Assembly (NCBI GenBank): GCA_043777235.1
Contig: JAYVQJ010000121.1
Location: 1-38,002 of the forward strand
DNA: 38,002 bases
Source of the DNA: Planctomycetia bacterium
Lineage (GTDB): Bacteria > Planctomycetota > Planctomycetia > Planctomycetales > Planctomycetaceae
Direction of reading: 5' to 3'
Shown here: positions 1 to 9,741 of the stretch, piece after piece
Numbering within the stretch: the stretch's first letter is position 1
Layout: the number at the start of each line of letters is the position of its first letter
The notes under the pieces: generated by a model
Database searches by the model: none
Told to the model about the DNA's origin: nothing
Seen by the model: the letters and a program-made list of their open reading frames with translations, nothing else
Position numbers and translations under genes: made by a program

Positions 1-121
1 ACCATCTGGATCGGAACGCGACGCATGCTCGACTACTCCCGAGCCTGGCAAACCTTCGGCCCTGAGACGACACCATAAGTTGTGTGTAAAAGACAGGCTC
101 CTGGTCCCACCCTACGAGACA

Positions 122-1711
122 TCAATCGTGCTGAGCGAGCACGCGCTTGGTCGACTGCTTGTCAGACATCGCGCGGTTGAGCGCCTTCAAGTATGCCTCG
201 GCGCTAGCTTGGATGATGTCGGTGCTGATCCCTTTGCCGTGATACGCCTTGTCGTTGACGAGAATCTCGACAAAGGATTCTCCCTGAGCATCCTCACCGC
301 CGGTGACACTGCGAACTTGGAAGTTTCGGAGCGTCCCGGCAACTCCGGTGATCCGCTTCATCGCCAGGAAGATCGCATCGAGCGGCCCGTCGCCCGTCGC
401 GGCATCGCGGACCGGAGGATCGTTCTCGCATTGCAACTCGACAGTCGCGGTCGGGATCGTCGCGGCTCCGGCAAACGTCTGCACGCTGATCAGCTTCCAA
501 CGATCGGGCACATCACGCTCTTCGCCGACTTGAGTTTCAATGAGCGCGATGATGTCCGAGTCGTAGACGTCTTTCTTTTTGTCGCAGAGCGAGATGAACT
601 CGTCAAAGACTCGCTCGAAGACATCCGGTTCCAGCACGAAGCCCAGCGAGTTGACTCGATCGCGAAACGCATGCCGGCCGCTGTGCTTGCCCAAGACCAG
701 ATTCGTGCCGACGTAACCGACATCGTCCGGCTTCATGATCTCATAGGTCTGCCGGTTCTGGAGCATCCCGTGCTGATGGATGCCCGCCTCGTGAGCGAAC
801 GCGTTCTGTCCGACGATCGCCTTGTTGCGTTGCACGGTCATGCCCGTGATGCGGCTGACCAAGCGGCTGATCGGGAACAGCTTCGGCGTGTTGATGTTCG
901 TCTTCACACCATAAAAGTCGCCGCGCGTTTTGATTGCCATCACGATCTCTTCGAGCGCCGCGTTGCCGGCTCGTTCGCCCAAGCCGTTGATCGTGCATTC
1001 GACTTGCCGAGCACCTGCTTCGACACCGGCCAAGCTGTTCGCGACCGCCAAGCCGAGATCGTTGTGGCAGTGCGTGCTGATGACCGCCTTGCCGATGTTC
1101 GACACGTTCGCATTGAGATACTCGATGCAGCGTTTGAAGTGCGCGGGCGTCGCATAGCCGACCGTATCCGGAATGTTGACGGTCGTCGCGCCGGCGTCGA
1201 TCGCCTTCTCAACCACTTGGCACAAGAAGTCGAGCTCTGTCCGAGCCGCGTCTTCCGGCGAGAACTCCAAGTTCGGCGTCGTGATGTCCGGGCGCGAGCA
1301 CATCAAGTCGCGCGTGTATTTCACCATCTCGACCGTCGCGCGGAGGATTTCTTCCTCAGCCATCTTCAGTTTGAACTCGCGGTGAATCGGACTGGTCGCC
1401 AAGAAGACGTGAATGCGGCACTTCTCCGCTTCCTTCAACGCTTCCCACGCCCGGTCGATGTCTGGTTTACGGCAGCGAGCCAACCCGCAAATGACCGTGC
1501 GGTTGCCAAACTCGCGAGCGATCGCGCGCACCGCCTCGAAGTCGTCCGGCGACGCGATCGGGAAACCCGCTTCGATGACATCGACTCCGAGTTCCACGAG
1601 CGCCTTCGCGATCTCCAGCTTCTCGGCCGAGTTCATGCTGCAGCCCGGAGACTGCTCGCCGTCGCGCAAGGTCGTGTCGAAAATCGTGATCGTGTCAGGC
1701 TGAATGGACAT
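122..1711 (-). CDS. leuA: 2-isopropylmalate synthase
   Basis: From the ATG at 1711 the translation reads [26 protein letters not shown]..., followed by the [14 protein letters not shown] region and a LeuA regulatory C-terminus. AGGAG lies 7 nt upstream of this ATG. The 29 extra N-terminal codons of tracked ORF 122..1798 read through a palindromic repeat, so I excluded them. Confidence 0.95.
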   Translation of the reverse strand: MSIQPDTITIFDTTLRDGEQSPGCSMNSAEKLEIAKALVELGVDVIEAGFPIASPDDFEAVRAIAREFGNRTVICGLARCRKPDIDRAWEALKEAEKCRIHVFLATSPIHREFKLKMAEEEILRATVEMVKYTRDLMCSRPDITTPNLEFSPEDAARTELDFLCQVVEKAIDAGATTVNIPDTVGYATPAHFKRCIEYLNANVSNIGKAVISTHCHNDLGLAVANSLAGVEAGARQVECTINGLGERAGNAALEEIVMAIKTRGDFYGVKTNINTPKLFPISRLVSRITGMTVQRNKAIVGQNAFAHEAGIHQHGMLQNRQTYEIMKPDDVGYVGTNLVLGKHSGRHAFRDRVNSLGFVLEPDVFERVFDEFISLCDKKKDVYDSDIIALIETQVGEERDVPDRWKLISVQTFAGAATIPTATVELQCENDPPVRDAATGDGPLDAIFLAMKRITGVAGTLRNFQVRSVTGGEDAQGESFVEILVNDKAYHGKGISTDIIQASAEAYLKALNRAMSDKQSTKRVLAQHD

Positions 1712-1722
1712 CGCAAACTCCT

Positions 1723-1792
1723 GGAGGTTGGGCACTCCTGCCCGACCCGAACGGAAAGTGAAGGAAGAAGACGGGCAGGAGTGCCCATCCTC
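1723..1792. repeat. Palindromic element, family A (GGAGGATGGGCACTCCTGCCCGTC arms), copy 1
   Basis: Left arm ggaggttgggcactcctgcccg (from 1723) is the reverse complement of right arm acgggcaggagtgcccatcctcc (to 1792). The same element recurs at 6001-6065 and 9036-9098. This copy ends 11 nt upstream of the leuA ATG. Confidence 0.9.
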
Positions 1793-1796
1793 CAAC

Positions 1797-1834
1797 AAAC
1801 AAAAAAACCCTGAGCCTCCAGCGGAGGCTCAGGG
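1797..1834 (-). terminator. Rho-independent terminator (minus strand)
   Basis: The minus strand reads ccctgagcctcc-gct-ggaggctcaggg, a perfect 12-bp GC-rich stem at 1808-1834. It is followed immediately by TTTTTTTGTTTG (1796-1807). Confidence 0.8.
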
Positions 1835-1878
1835 TGTATTCGCACGGTCAACAGCGACAACGACACCAAAGCCCCGCG

Positions 1879-1932
1879 TCAACGCAGGAGAAGGCTAAGG
1901 GCAAGGGCAAGAAGTCGCAGATCGGATCGCAT
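1879..1932 (-). promoter_or_regulatory. Candidate leucine leader peptide (17 codons) of a leuA attenuator
   Basis: The minus strand reads ATG CGA TCC GAT CTG CGA CTT CTT GCC CTT GCC CTT AGC CTT CTC CTG CGT TGA, which translates to MRSDLRLLALALSLLLR. Eight of 17 codons are Leu, five of them CTT. AGGA lies about 7 nt upstream of the ATG. The stop is 44 nt upstream of the terminator stem, and leuA starts 86 nt after the T-tract. Confidence 0.45.
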
Positions 1933-2000
1933 GATGATTCCTGTCGGAAAGTGGGCGGCACTTTATCCAGCCCATTTCGGCAAGGTCAAGCCGTCAATGC

Positions 2001-2059
2001 GTAGAACGGACGCCTACGTCCGTTCTTCGACAGCACCGACCGGACGTGGGCATCCGGTC
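2001..2059. repeat. Two hairpins 3' of the small lipoprotein gene
   Basis: Hairpin 1 (2001-2025) is gtag|aacggacg-ccta-cgtccgtt. Hairpin 2 (2038-2059) is gaccgga-cgtgggca-tccggtc. The second is repeated at 2334-2351 (ccggacg-tggg-cgtccgg) behind the paralogous gene. Confidence 0.75.
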
Positions 2060-2068
2060 TACTCAGCA

Positions 2069-2308
2069 TTATTGCCGCGCATCTTCCTCGACACCGGCTC
2101 GCAGCTTCTCGCGTTCGAGCTTGTATTCTTCAAAGGCCCGAATCGCTTCTGGGCCGAGATGATCGGGTCTCGTGGCAACCGGGCCATCGTGGAGGTAGTA
2201 CGGCGACGGTATGGGTGACTTGATTTCCGTCCGGCAGCCAACGGCCGACAGCAATAGCAAGCACGATATGGCAAACTCGCAGCCCCAAGCTTTCCTGTTT
2301 TGCCACAT
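2069..2308 (-). CDS. Small lipoprotein, paralog 2 (hypothetical)
   Basis: 79 aa. Signal peptide plus lipobox LLLLSAVGC. The C-terminal EEYKLEREKLRAGVEEDARQ is nearly identical to the upstream paralog. Confidence 0.7.
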   Translation of the reverse strand: MWQNRKAWGCEFAISCLLLLSAVGCRTEIKSPIPSPYYLHDGPVATRPDHLGPEAIRAFEEYKLEREKLRAGVEEDARQ

Positions 2309-2362
2309 AGCCCGACCTCTTCGCGTCGATCGACCGGACGTGGGCGTCCGGGCTACTCAGCA

Positions 2363-2611
2363 TTACTGCCGCGCGTCTTCCTCGACGCCGGCTCGCAGCT
2401 TCTCGCGATCGAGCTTGTACTCTTCGAGAGCCCGGACCTGATTGCTCAGCTTGAACTCGGGGCCGGCCGGGTAGTACTGGACGTCGTCCTTCAGATAGTA
2501 CGGGGACGGGAGCGTTTGCCCGCCGACTGATGTTTGGCAGCCGGTCGCGGCCAGCATCAAGGGGCACAACAACAACATCGTCACGCTCGCCGAGATTCCG
2601 TTCCACCGCAT
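2363..2611 (-). CDS. Small lipoprotein, paralog 1 (hypothetical)
   Basis: 82 aa. Lipobox LMLAATGC, a PSPYYLKDDVQYYPAGPEFKL core, and C-terminal EEYKLDREKLRAGVEEDARQ. Confidence 0.75.
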   Translation of the reverse strand: MRWNGISASVTMLLLCPLMLAATGCQTSVGGQTLPSPYYLKDDVQYYPAGPEFKLSNQVRALEEYKLDREKLRAGVEEDARQ

Positions 2612-2827
2612 GATTCGAGCCTCTCACCAAGTCCGTTTGGTCTGACACACACCTTTCTTCATCGGTCGTTACGACCGGAAACTTTGGAAAAGTTTGCCAA
2701 GTTTGACAGAACTTGGTGATTGGGTCCGGCAGGAATTGCCGGGAGCTGGTTTGAGAGTGTGAGGGTCGGGGAGCGCGGTCGTTCTTCACCGACACGCTCA
2801 CACTCTCTGACTCTCAAACACCACGAC

Positions 2828-5800
2828 TCACTGGTCGAGCGGAGGCGAATCGTGATCGCCGACCACATTGCCAGCGGGCAACTTCTCCGCCGCTTCTTTC
2901 GTTCGCTCGTTCTTGACGTAGTGCTGCAAGACTTGGCCGCGGTAGGTTCGCAGCGGGCGGACGAGCCGGCGTTCAAGATGTTGCTTGCGAGCCTCCCATT
3001 CGGCGACAGGAGCGATTCCCTCGGCCGACAAAGCATCCAACGTCGCGAAGGAAGTCTCGGCGGCGGTGATGCTCCGTTCGATGTCATTGAGCGCGACTCG
3101 CGATGACGTCGGCCGAAACTCGCCTCGAGCGCCCCAGCGAGCCAACAGCATTTGCAGCAGCGCGTTGATCTGATCGAACCGCTCGGTCTTATCGGGAATC
3201 GCTGCTGGCGTTGAATTCACGAATTGCAGCGCGTTGGCAACGTTGCGAATCGAGCGATCGGCCGGCGTCGAAAAGTAGATCGCTGCGAGCCGATGTCGCA
3301 GTTCGTTGGCCGGATCGCGATCTGTGCAGCGGTCACTCAATTCAACGACTTCTTGATGCAGGAACGGCGTGACGAGCGGATCGAATGGCGACTCGAAGCG
3401 GCGCAGTTGGTCGAGGTTTGCGTCGGTCAGTTGCGAGTTCTTCGCAAGCTCACCGATCTTTCGGAAATACTTCAGTCGCCGGTCATCGTCGGGATGCAGT
3501 CCCGACTCAGTCTTCTTGTGGCTGACTTGCTGAATCATCGCTCGCGTCGAGCCGGTCATGTGGTCTTTGACTTGTTTGCGATACGCCCAAAACTCGTCTT
3601 GATGCCGACGGATGATGGCTCGTGACAACTCCCATTCGCTCAGCCGAGCCGCGACATCGGCGTTGTCCGCTGCGTCGCCACCCCAAGCCAGCAAGAAGCG
3701 GCTGTGCTTGGCCAATTCCGTTTGCACGAGTTGCAGCTTGTTCTCCCAACGCATGACTTCGGTCGGCAGACGGAACGGCCACGTCGAACGAGACGCAACG
3801 TTGATGACCCCTCCGCGTTGACTCGCCAGTTCCTGAATTGCTTCGTGATTCAACATCGGCAACCGCAACGGAGCCGACCAATCCCAGCCGGCTGACGCCA
3901 ACAACTGCCGCACCTGCGGACGCTGCCAACGCTCGATGAATCCCTCGCGAGCGAATCCTTGTTCGGACTGCGTGCCGAGGAACAGCAATTCCCCCGTAGC
4001 AATCTCGACCGCCGCGACTTCGCGAAACACCGCCGACATCGTCGCCGCCAACGCTCGCACCGAGCGCAGGCCGAGATCAACGTGCTGAAATCGGATCGCG
4101 AACAAGCCCTCGTCGTTGAGGCGCTTGGCCGTCGCGTGCAGCGACTCGACCGTGAACGAGTTGCTTGCCTGCGACAACGAAGGTTGATCGGCCGAAGCAA
4201 CGATCACATCGAATGTCTCACGCATCGTCCGCACTGCGAGCGCCGGATCGCAGACGCGAATTTCCATTCGATCATCATTCATCGCCGAAGCAACACTGTC
4301 GCGCGACAGCAGGCTTCGACACAGACTTGTCACACCTCGATCCGCTTCGACACAGACGATTCGCTGCAACGGAAACACGGTCGCTGCCACAAGCGGTTCA
4401 CCCACTCGCAGGCCGAGCAGCAAGACGCTCTGCGGCCGCTCGTGAGTCACTAGCGGCAGCACCGTCGGCAACACATCCGGCAGAAATCTCGGAGCCAAAT
4501 TCGCATTTGTGGCGAGCGTCCCTTTCGGAATACCGTTCTCACGCACGAGGAATCGCGAACCAGCAAACTTCCACGCGGTCAGAGTCCCGCGATCACCTTC
4601 GACAACAACCGCCGCTCGTCCTTCGTCCAAAACGGAAAGCTGCTCCCACGGAATTTCCGCTCGTGAGGCAACGAAGACTCCTGTGTCGAACAACACCTTC
4701 GCCGCCAATTCCGGCCGATAACGCACCCAAATCGGAGCCGTCAGCGCGAAGAGCAGCATCGCAGCGACCACACCGGCACTCAACCTCGTGAGCCGGAACG
4801 CGCTAGCGTCCGGTTGTGTTGTGGCCATTGAACCGGACGCTAGCGCGTTCCGGCTAATGAGTTTTGTCCGACGAAGTCGATCAACTGCGACAACCAACAA
4901 CAGCAGGACGCTCGCGACGAATGCGAGATTCCACACACCAATCGACGGCAGCAGCCACATCGCCAACGTCGCAGAACTCAGCGAGGCCGCGACTCCAAAA
5001 AATGAACCACTGCGACCGATCAATGCACCAACACCGATCACGATCGGTCCCAGCACCACGCCGACTATCGCCATCCTCAGCGACTGCAACAGCCAGACTT
5101 GCGAGATTGTCGAGTTCTCCCACAGTGCCAGACGAACTCCGAGCGGGAACGCCGCTAAGAGCAACCACATCCAGCACACCAATCCCAAACCACCGACCAG
5201 CAGTTGTCGCGGCTGAGTTTTCCCGAACAACAAACCTCCGACAGCGATCCCGGCCACGAGCACCGACCACTCAAACGTCATGAGCGCAAACGAATCGGGA
5301 ATCAGTTGCCGACACAATCTCTGTCCGATCACCCACGCGATCCCTGCCGCGATCAGCCCGACAATGTGGGGCAGGTTTTCAACCTGTCCTTTCAATACCT
5401 TGGCAGGTTGGACGGGCAGGTTGAAAACCTGCCCCACGTTGTCGCGCGACCCGCGCACAAGCAGCGTCACGAACGCGATCAGCCCGCAAACCGAGGACAG
5501 CAACCCACAGCCATCCGGCCCGATGAGGCTCGCCAGTCCGAGTCCTCCGATCGCAAATGTCGTTGCGAAACCGACACCGAATGACGTCCGCCGTTCCGGG
5601 ACGATCAAACTCAGCGAGCAAATCGCGGGGACTCCGAGAGTCACCAGCGCCAACAACGTCAGACAGCAACACTGACCAATCAATGACGACGAAAAATCAA
5701 AACCAGTCCCTTCAACCGCTCGCCATGCAGCGGCGAACAGACTCGGCAGCGCGACCGACCAGGCCGACAACAGGAACAGCCGAATCGACGGAGCCACGAG

Positions 5801-5989
5801 TCCGAATCGCCAGCGCGCCGGCATCCAAGCGTTCGCGAGCACCGCGACGATTACCGTCACGGCCAATGCCGTTTGAGCCGGCAGCGACGTCCCAGCGTTC
5901 AACCAAAACTGACAAACCGCAGCGACCAGCGCGAGTCCGCTGACTCCGCCGACGATTCCGTTCCACCAACGTGAGTTCTGCATGGGCAT
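2828..5989 (-). CDS. Polytopic membrane protein fused to a spermidine-synthase-like (class I methyltransferase fold) domain and a helical C-terminal region
   Basis: 1053 aa with many N-terminal hydrophobic helices. VLLLGLRVGEPL...IVCVEADRGV and FDVIVASADQPS resemble the spermidine synthase GxGxG and D-x-D regions. Two palindromic repeats are embedded in frame. Confidence 0.8.
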   Translation of the reverse strand: MPMQNSRWWNGIVGGVSGLALVAAVCQFWLNAGTSLPAQTALAVTVIVAVLANAWMPARWRFGLVAPSIRLFLLSAWSVALPSLFAAAWRAVEGTGFDFSSSLIGQCCCLTLLALVTLGVPAICSLSLIVPERRTSFGVGFATTFAIGGLGLASLIGPDGCGLLSSVCGLIAFVTLLVRGSRDNVGQVFNLPVQPAKVLKGQVENLPHIVGLIAAGIAWVIGQRLCRQLIPDSFALMTFEWSVLVAGIAVGGLLFGKTQPRQLLVGGLGLVCWMWLLLAAFPLGVRLALWENSTISQVWLLQSLRMAIVGVVLGPIVIGVGALIGRSGSFFGVAASLSSATLAMWLLPSIGVWNLAFVASVLLLLVVAVDRLRRTKLISRNALASGSMATTQPDASAFRLTRLSAGVVAAMLLFALTAPIWVRYRPELAAKVLFDTGVFVASRAEIPWEQLSVLDEGRAAVVVEGDRGTLTAWKFAGSRFLVRENGIPKGTLATNANLAPRFLPDVLPTVLPLVTHERPQSVLLLGLRVGEPLVAATVFPLQRIVCVEADRGVTSLCRSLLSRDSVASAMNDDRMEIRVCDPALAVRTMRETFDVIVASADQPSLSQASNSFTVESLHATAKRLNDEGLFAIRFQHVDLGLRSVRALAATMSAVFREVAAVEIATGELLFLGTQSEQGFAREGFIERWQRPQVRQLLASAGWDWSAPLRLPMLNHEAIQELASQRGGVINVASRSTWPFRLPTEVMRWENKLQLVQTELAKHSRFLLAWGGDAADNADVAARLSEWELSRAIIRRHQDEFWAYRKQVKDHMTGSTRAMIQQVSHKKTESGLHPDDDRRLKYFRKIGELAKNSQLTDANLDQLRRFESPFDPLVTPFLHQEVVELSDRCTDRDPANELRHRLAAIYFSTPADRSIRNVANALQFVNSTPAAIPDKTERFDQINALLQMLLARWGARGEFRPTSSRVALNDIERSITAAETSFATLDALSAEGIAPVAEWEARKQHLERRLVRPLRTYRGQVLQHYVKNERTKEAAEKLPAGNVVGDHDSPPLDQ
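4791..4855. repeat. Palindromic element, family N (AGCCGGAACGCGCTAGCGTCCGG arms), inside a CDS
   Basis: agccggaacgcgctagcgtccgg (4791-4813) pairs with ccggacgctagcgcgttccggct (4833-4855). It is translated as ...LISRNALASGSMATTQPDASAFRLTRL... The same family occurs intergenically at 33893-33963. Confidence 0.9.
5366..5437. repeat. Palindromic element, family Q (GTGGGGCAGGTTTTCAACCTG arms), inside a CDS
   Basis: gtggggcaggttttcaacctg (5366-5386) pairs with caggttgaaaacctgccccac (5417-5437). The 72 bp equal 24 codons, translated NVGQVFNLPVQPAKVLKGQVENLPHIV. Confidence 0.85.
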
Positions 5990-6000
5990 CCTTGCCTCTT

Positions 6001-6065
6001 GAGGATGGGCACTCTTGCCCGTCGCTCGATTCGCAATCCTGGACGGGCAAGAGTGCCCATCCTCC
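6001..6065. repeat. Palindromic element, family A, copy 2
   Basis: gaggatgggcactcttgcccgtc (6001-6023) pairs with gacgggcaagagtgcccatcctcc (6042-6065). It starts 11 nt upstream of the ATG at 5989 of the minus-strand membrane protein gene. Confidence 0.9.
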
Positions 6066-6223
6066 GCAATCGCTGGGGCTTGTATCGCATCTCCAAATCA
6101 CCCGACAAGCCGATTCTTGGCGAACTGTTCGACGCCCGTTACCCTGCCGAACCGCGCGGCGGTCGGTCGTCGCAGCGGACCTGAAAATCTCCCGTTTCCT
6201 TTCGCATTCGAGCAGAGCATCTC

Positions 6224-7546
<1,323 letters not shown>

Positions 7547-7548
7547 CC

Positions 7549-7573
7549 GTAGGCGAGTCATTCCATGACTCGC
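7549..7573 (+). terminator. GTAG-led REP-like hairpin; possible xylA terminator
   Basis: gtag then gcgagtcat-tcc-atgactcgc (9-bp stem), starting 3 nt after the xylA stop and followed by ATTTCT. A second hairpin, ctcagttgc-gga-gcaactgag, lies about 60 nt downstream. Confidence 0.4.
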
Positions 7574-7675
7574 ATTTCTAACGTCGCTAGCCTCCCACTG
7601 ATTCCCGCGATCACTCGCAGCCACATTGGGAATCTCAGTTGCGGAGCAACTGAGCTACATAAGAGGAATCCTCCC

Positions 7676-8059
7676 GTGTCCGACGGTCCTGACTTTTCCA
7701 AAGCTGAACTCATCCCCGTCATCGCGCAAGACATCGCGACTGGCGACGTGCTGATGCTGGCCTACATGAACCAAGCGGCCTATCAGGAAACCCTGCAAAC
7801 CGGTCGCATCTGTTACTGGAGCCGCAGTCGCCAAAAGCTCTGGCGAAAGGGCGAAGAGAGCGGCAACGTTCAAGAGCTGAAAGAAATCTATTACGACTGC
7901 GACGCCGACACGCTGCTCGTGAAAGTGAATCAAATCGGCGGAGCCGCCTGTCACGAAGGCTACAAAAGCTGCTTCTTCCGCCGCGTCGATCCGGCGACCG
8001 GAAACGTCACCGTCGTCGGTGATCGAGTCTTCGATCCGAAGTCGGTCTATAAGAAATGA
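7676..8059 (+). CDS. hisI: Phosphoribosyl-AMP cyclohydrolase
   Basis: LIPVIAQD...[11 protein letters not shown]...T...G...[19 protein letters not shown]....I..DCD.D.LL..V.Q.G.ACH.G..SCF is the HisI pattern. I chose the in-frame GTG at 7676, preceded by AAGAGGA. Tracked ORF start 7565 would add 37 residues that read through hairpin repeats. Confidence 0.85.
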   Translation: MSDGPDFSKAELIPVIAQDIATGDVLMLAYMNQAAYQETLQTGRICYWSRSRQKLWRKGEESGNVQELKEIYYDCDADTLLVKVNQIGGAACHEGYKSCFFRRVDPATGNVTVVGDRVFDPKSVYKK

Positions 8060-8067
8060 ATTTGTTT

Positions 8068-8131
8068 CACGCGAAGACGCGAAGACGCAAAGGGCGAAAT
8101 CAAAACCTTTGCGGCTTCGCGTCTTCGCGTG
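8068..8131. repeat. Palindromic element, family K (CACGCGAAGACGCGAAGACGCAAAGG arms)
   Basis: A 26-nt left arm pairs with cctttgcggcttcgcgtcttcgcgtg (1 mismatch). It fills the hisI-hisG spacer. A related element is at 32861-32938. Confidence 0.9.
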
Positions 8132-8152
8132 GAAAACTCTTCCGAGGTTTTC

Positions 8153-9031
8153 ATGCCAGACAACATTCTCAAGCTCGGCATTCCCGCCGGCAGCCTGCAA
8201 GAGGCGACCGCCGCGCTGTTTCAGCGCGCGGGGTACAACATCAAGTTTCAGTCGCGGAGCTACTACCCGACGATCGACGACCCCGAAATCGAGTGCATGT
8301 TGATCCGCGCTCAGGAAATGGCGCGGTACGTCGAGGAGGGAGTGCTCGACGCCGGCATCACCGGCTTCGATTGGATTCAAGAGACAAATGCCGATGTCAC
8401 CGAAATCTGTGAGTTGATGTTCTCAAAGGTCAGCCGCAATCCAGTGCGTTGGGTGCTGTGCGTGCCAAACGACTCGCCGGTGAAATCGGTCAAAGACCTG
8501 CAAGGCAAGCGGATCGCGACCGAGGTCGTCGGCCTGACGACCCGCTACCTCGCCAAGCACGGCGTCACTGCGAAGGTGGAATTCAGTTGGGGTGCGACCG
8601 AAGTCAAGCCGCCGATGCTGGCCGACGCGATTGTCGAAGTCACCGAAACCGGCAGCTCGCTGCGAGCCAACAACCTGCGGATCGTCGAAGAACTGTTACA
8701 GAGCACAACCCGCTTCATCGCTAACAAAACCGCCGCCGCCGATCCGTGGAAGCGGAACAAGATCGACAACATCTCGCTGATGCTGGCCGGCTGTTTGAAT
8801 GCCGAAGGGAAAGTCGGCTTGATGATGAACGTCCGCCGAACCGATTTGCCCAACGTGCTCAAGCAACTTCCCGCGCTGCAAATGCCGACGGTCTCGTCGC
8901 TGTCCGATCCTGATTGGGTGGACGTCAACACGATCGTCGATGAGTCGCTCGTCCGCACGATCATCCCGGCCCTCAAGTCCGCCGGTGCTCGCGGCATCGT
9001 CGAGTACGGCATCAATAAGATCATCGACTGA
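8153..9031 (+). CDS. hisG: ATP phosphoribosyltransferase (long form)
   Basis: [30 protein letters not shown]...[26 protein letters not shown] matches the HisG N-terminal pattern. The 292-aa length implies the C-terminal regulatory domain is present. Confidence 0.9.
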   Translation: MPDNILKLGIPAGSLQEATAALFQRAGYNIKFQSRSYYPTIDDPEIECMLIRAQEMARYVEEGVLDAGITGFDWIQETNADVTEICELMFSKVSRNPVRWVLCVPNDSPVKSVKDLQGKRIATEVVGLTTRYLAKHGVTAKVEFSWGATEVKPPMLADAIVEVTETGSSLRANNLRIVEELLQSTTRFIANKTAAADPWKRNKIDNISLMLAGCLNAEGKVGLMMNVRRTDLPNVLKQLPALQMPTVSSLSDPDWVDVNTIVDESLVRTIIPALKSAGARGIVEYGINKIID

Positions 9032-9035
9032 TTTC

Positions 9036-9098
9036 GGAGGATGGGCACTCCTGCCCGTCCCCTCCTTTCAAGACGACGGGCAAGAGTGCCCATCCTCC
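9036..9098. repeat. Palindromic element, family A, copy 3
   Basis: ggaggatgggcactcctgcccgtc (9036-9059) pairs with gacgggcaagagtgcccatcctcc (9075-9098). It starts 4 nt after the hisG stop and ends 2 nt before the next ATG. Confidence 0.9.
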
Positions 9099-9100
9099 AC

Positions 9101-9730
9101 ATGTCCGTCACCGTCCTGAAACTTGGCGGCAGTCTGCTCGATCTCGCCGATCTGTCAGGTCGGTTGCGAGCGGTCTTCGCGAAGCTCGACGGCGACCGGC
9201 CGTTGTTGATCTGCGGCGGTGGCGACGCGGCCGATGTCGTCCGACGTTGGCATGACGCACATCAGCTCGACGAAGAGCAATCACATTGGCTGGCGATGGA
9301 ATCGCTCCGACTGAATCAACGATTGCTGCTGGTGCTGATGCCTGAGCTGGAACTCGTCTCGAATCGCGCCGCCGCAGAGTCGGCGTGGAAGCGCGGTCGC
9401 GTGCCGCTGCTCGACCTGATGGCGTTCGTCAGCATCGAAGAGGCCACGCACAAAGTCGGCCTGAAGCCATTGCCGCACACCTGGGACGTGACGAGCGATT
9501 CGCTCGCCGCGTGGATCGCGATCCACTGGCCGGCGAGCCGTTTGGTTCTGTTGAAGTCGGTGGAGTTGCCGCCGCTCGAAAGTCTTTCGCAAGCCGCGGA
9601 AGCCGGACTGGTGGATGACTTTTTCCCAGCTCTCGAATCTGAACTGCCACCAACGTTTTGGTGTCGGCTGCGTGGAAACGCCGTGATAGACTTTCGACCA
9701 TTGAAGCCCGTCGTTGTCCGTTCGCCGTAA
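9101..9730 (+). CDS. Short amino-acid-kinase (AAK) superfamily protein
   Basis: 209 aa. [13 protein letters not shown] and [14 protein letters not shown] are AAK-fold nucleotide/phosphate-binding signatures. It is too short to be an aspartokinase or a canonical uridylate kinase. Confidence 0.7.
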   Translation: MSVTVLKLGGSLLDLADLSGRLRAVFAKLDGDRPLLICGGGDAADVVRRWHDAHQLDEEQSHWLAMESLRLNQRLLLVLMPELELVSNRAAAESAWKRGRVPLLDLMAFVSIEEATHKVGLKPLPHTWDVTSDSLAAWIAIHWPASRLVLLKSVELPPLESLSQAAEAGLVDDFFPALESELPPTFWCRLRGNAVIDFRPLKPVVVRSP

Positions 9731-9741
9731 AGGGTTGTCCG

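Noticed and set aside
80-1813. 577-aa plus-strand ORF covering leuA
   Set aside because: It is antisense to an unmistakable LeuA reading frame. Its Arg/Asp/His/Val-rich low-complexity translation is typical of shadow ORFs in GC-rich DNA.
2130-2801. 223-aa minus-strand ORF overlapping both small lipoprotein genes
   Set aside because: It is out of frame with two paralogous lipobox-containing ORFs whose conservation supports their frames. Its translation is Arg/Ser-rich with no motifs.
2612-2827. Promoter and terminator calls in the spacer upstream of lipoprotein paralog 1
   Set aside because: Several short hairpins and a TTGACA hexamer are visible. I could not find a convincingly spaced -10 box on the relevant strand or a T-tract after the hairpins.
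7565-7675. ATG at 7565 as the hisI start
   Set aside because: It would add 37 residues that read through two hairpin repeats and have no counterpart in HisI proteins. The in-frame GTG at 7676 has a purine-rich SD-like sequence upstream.
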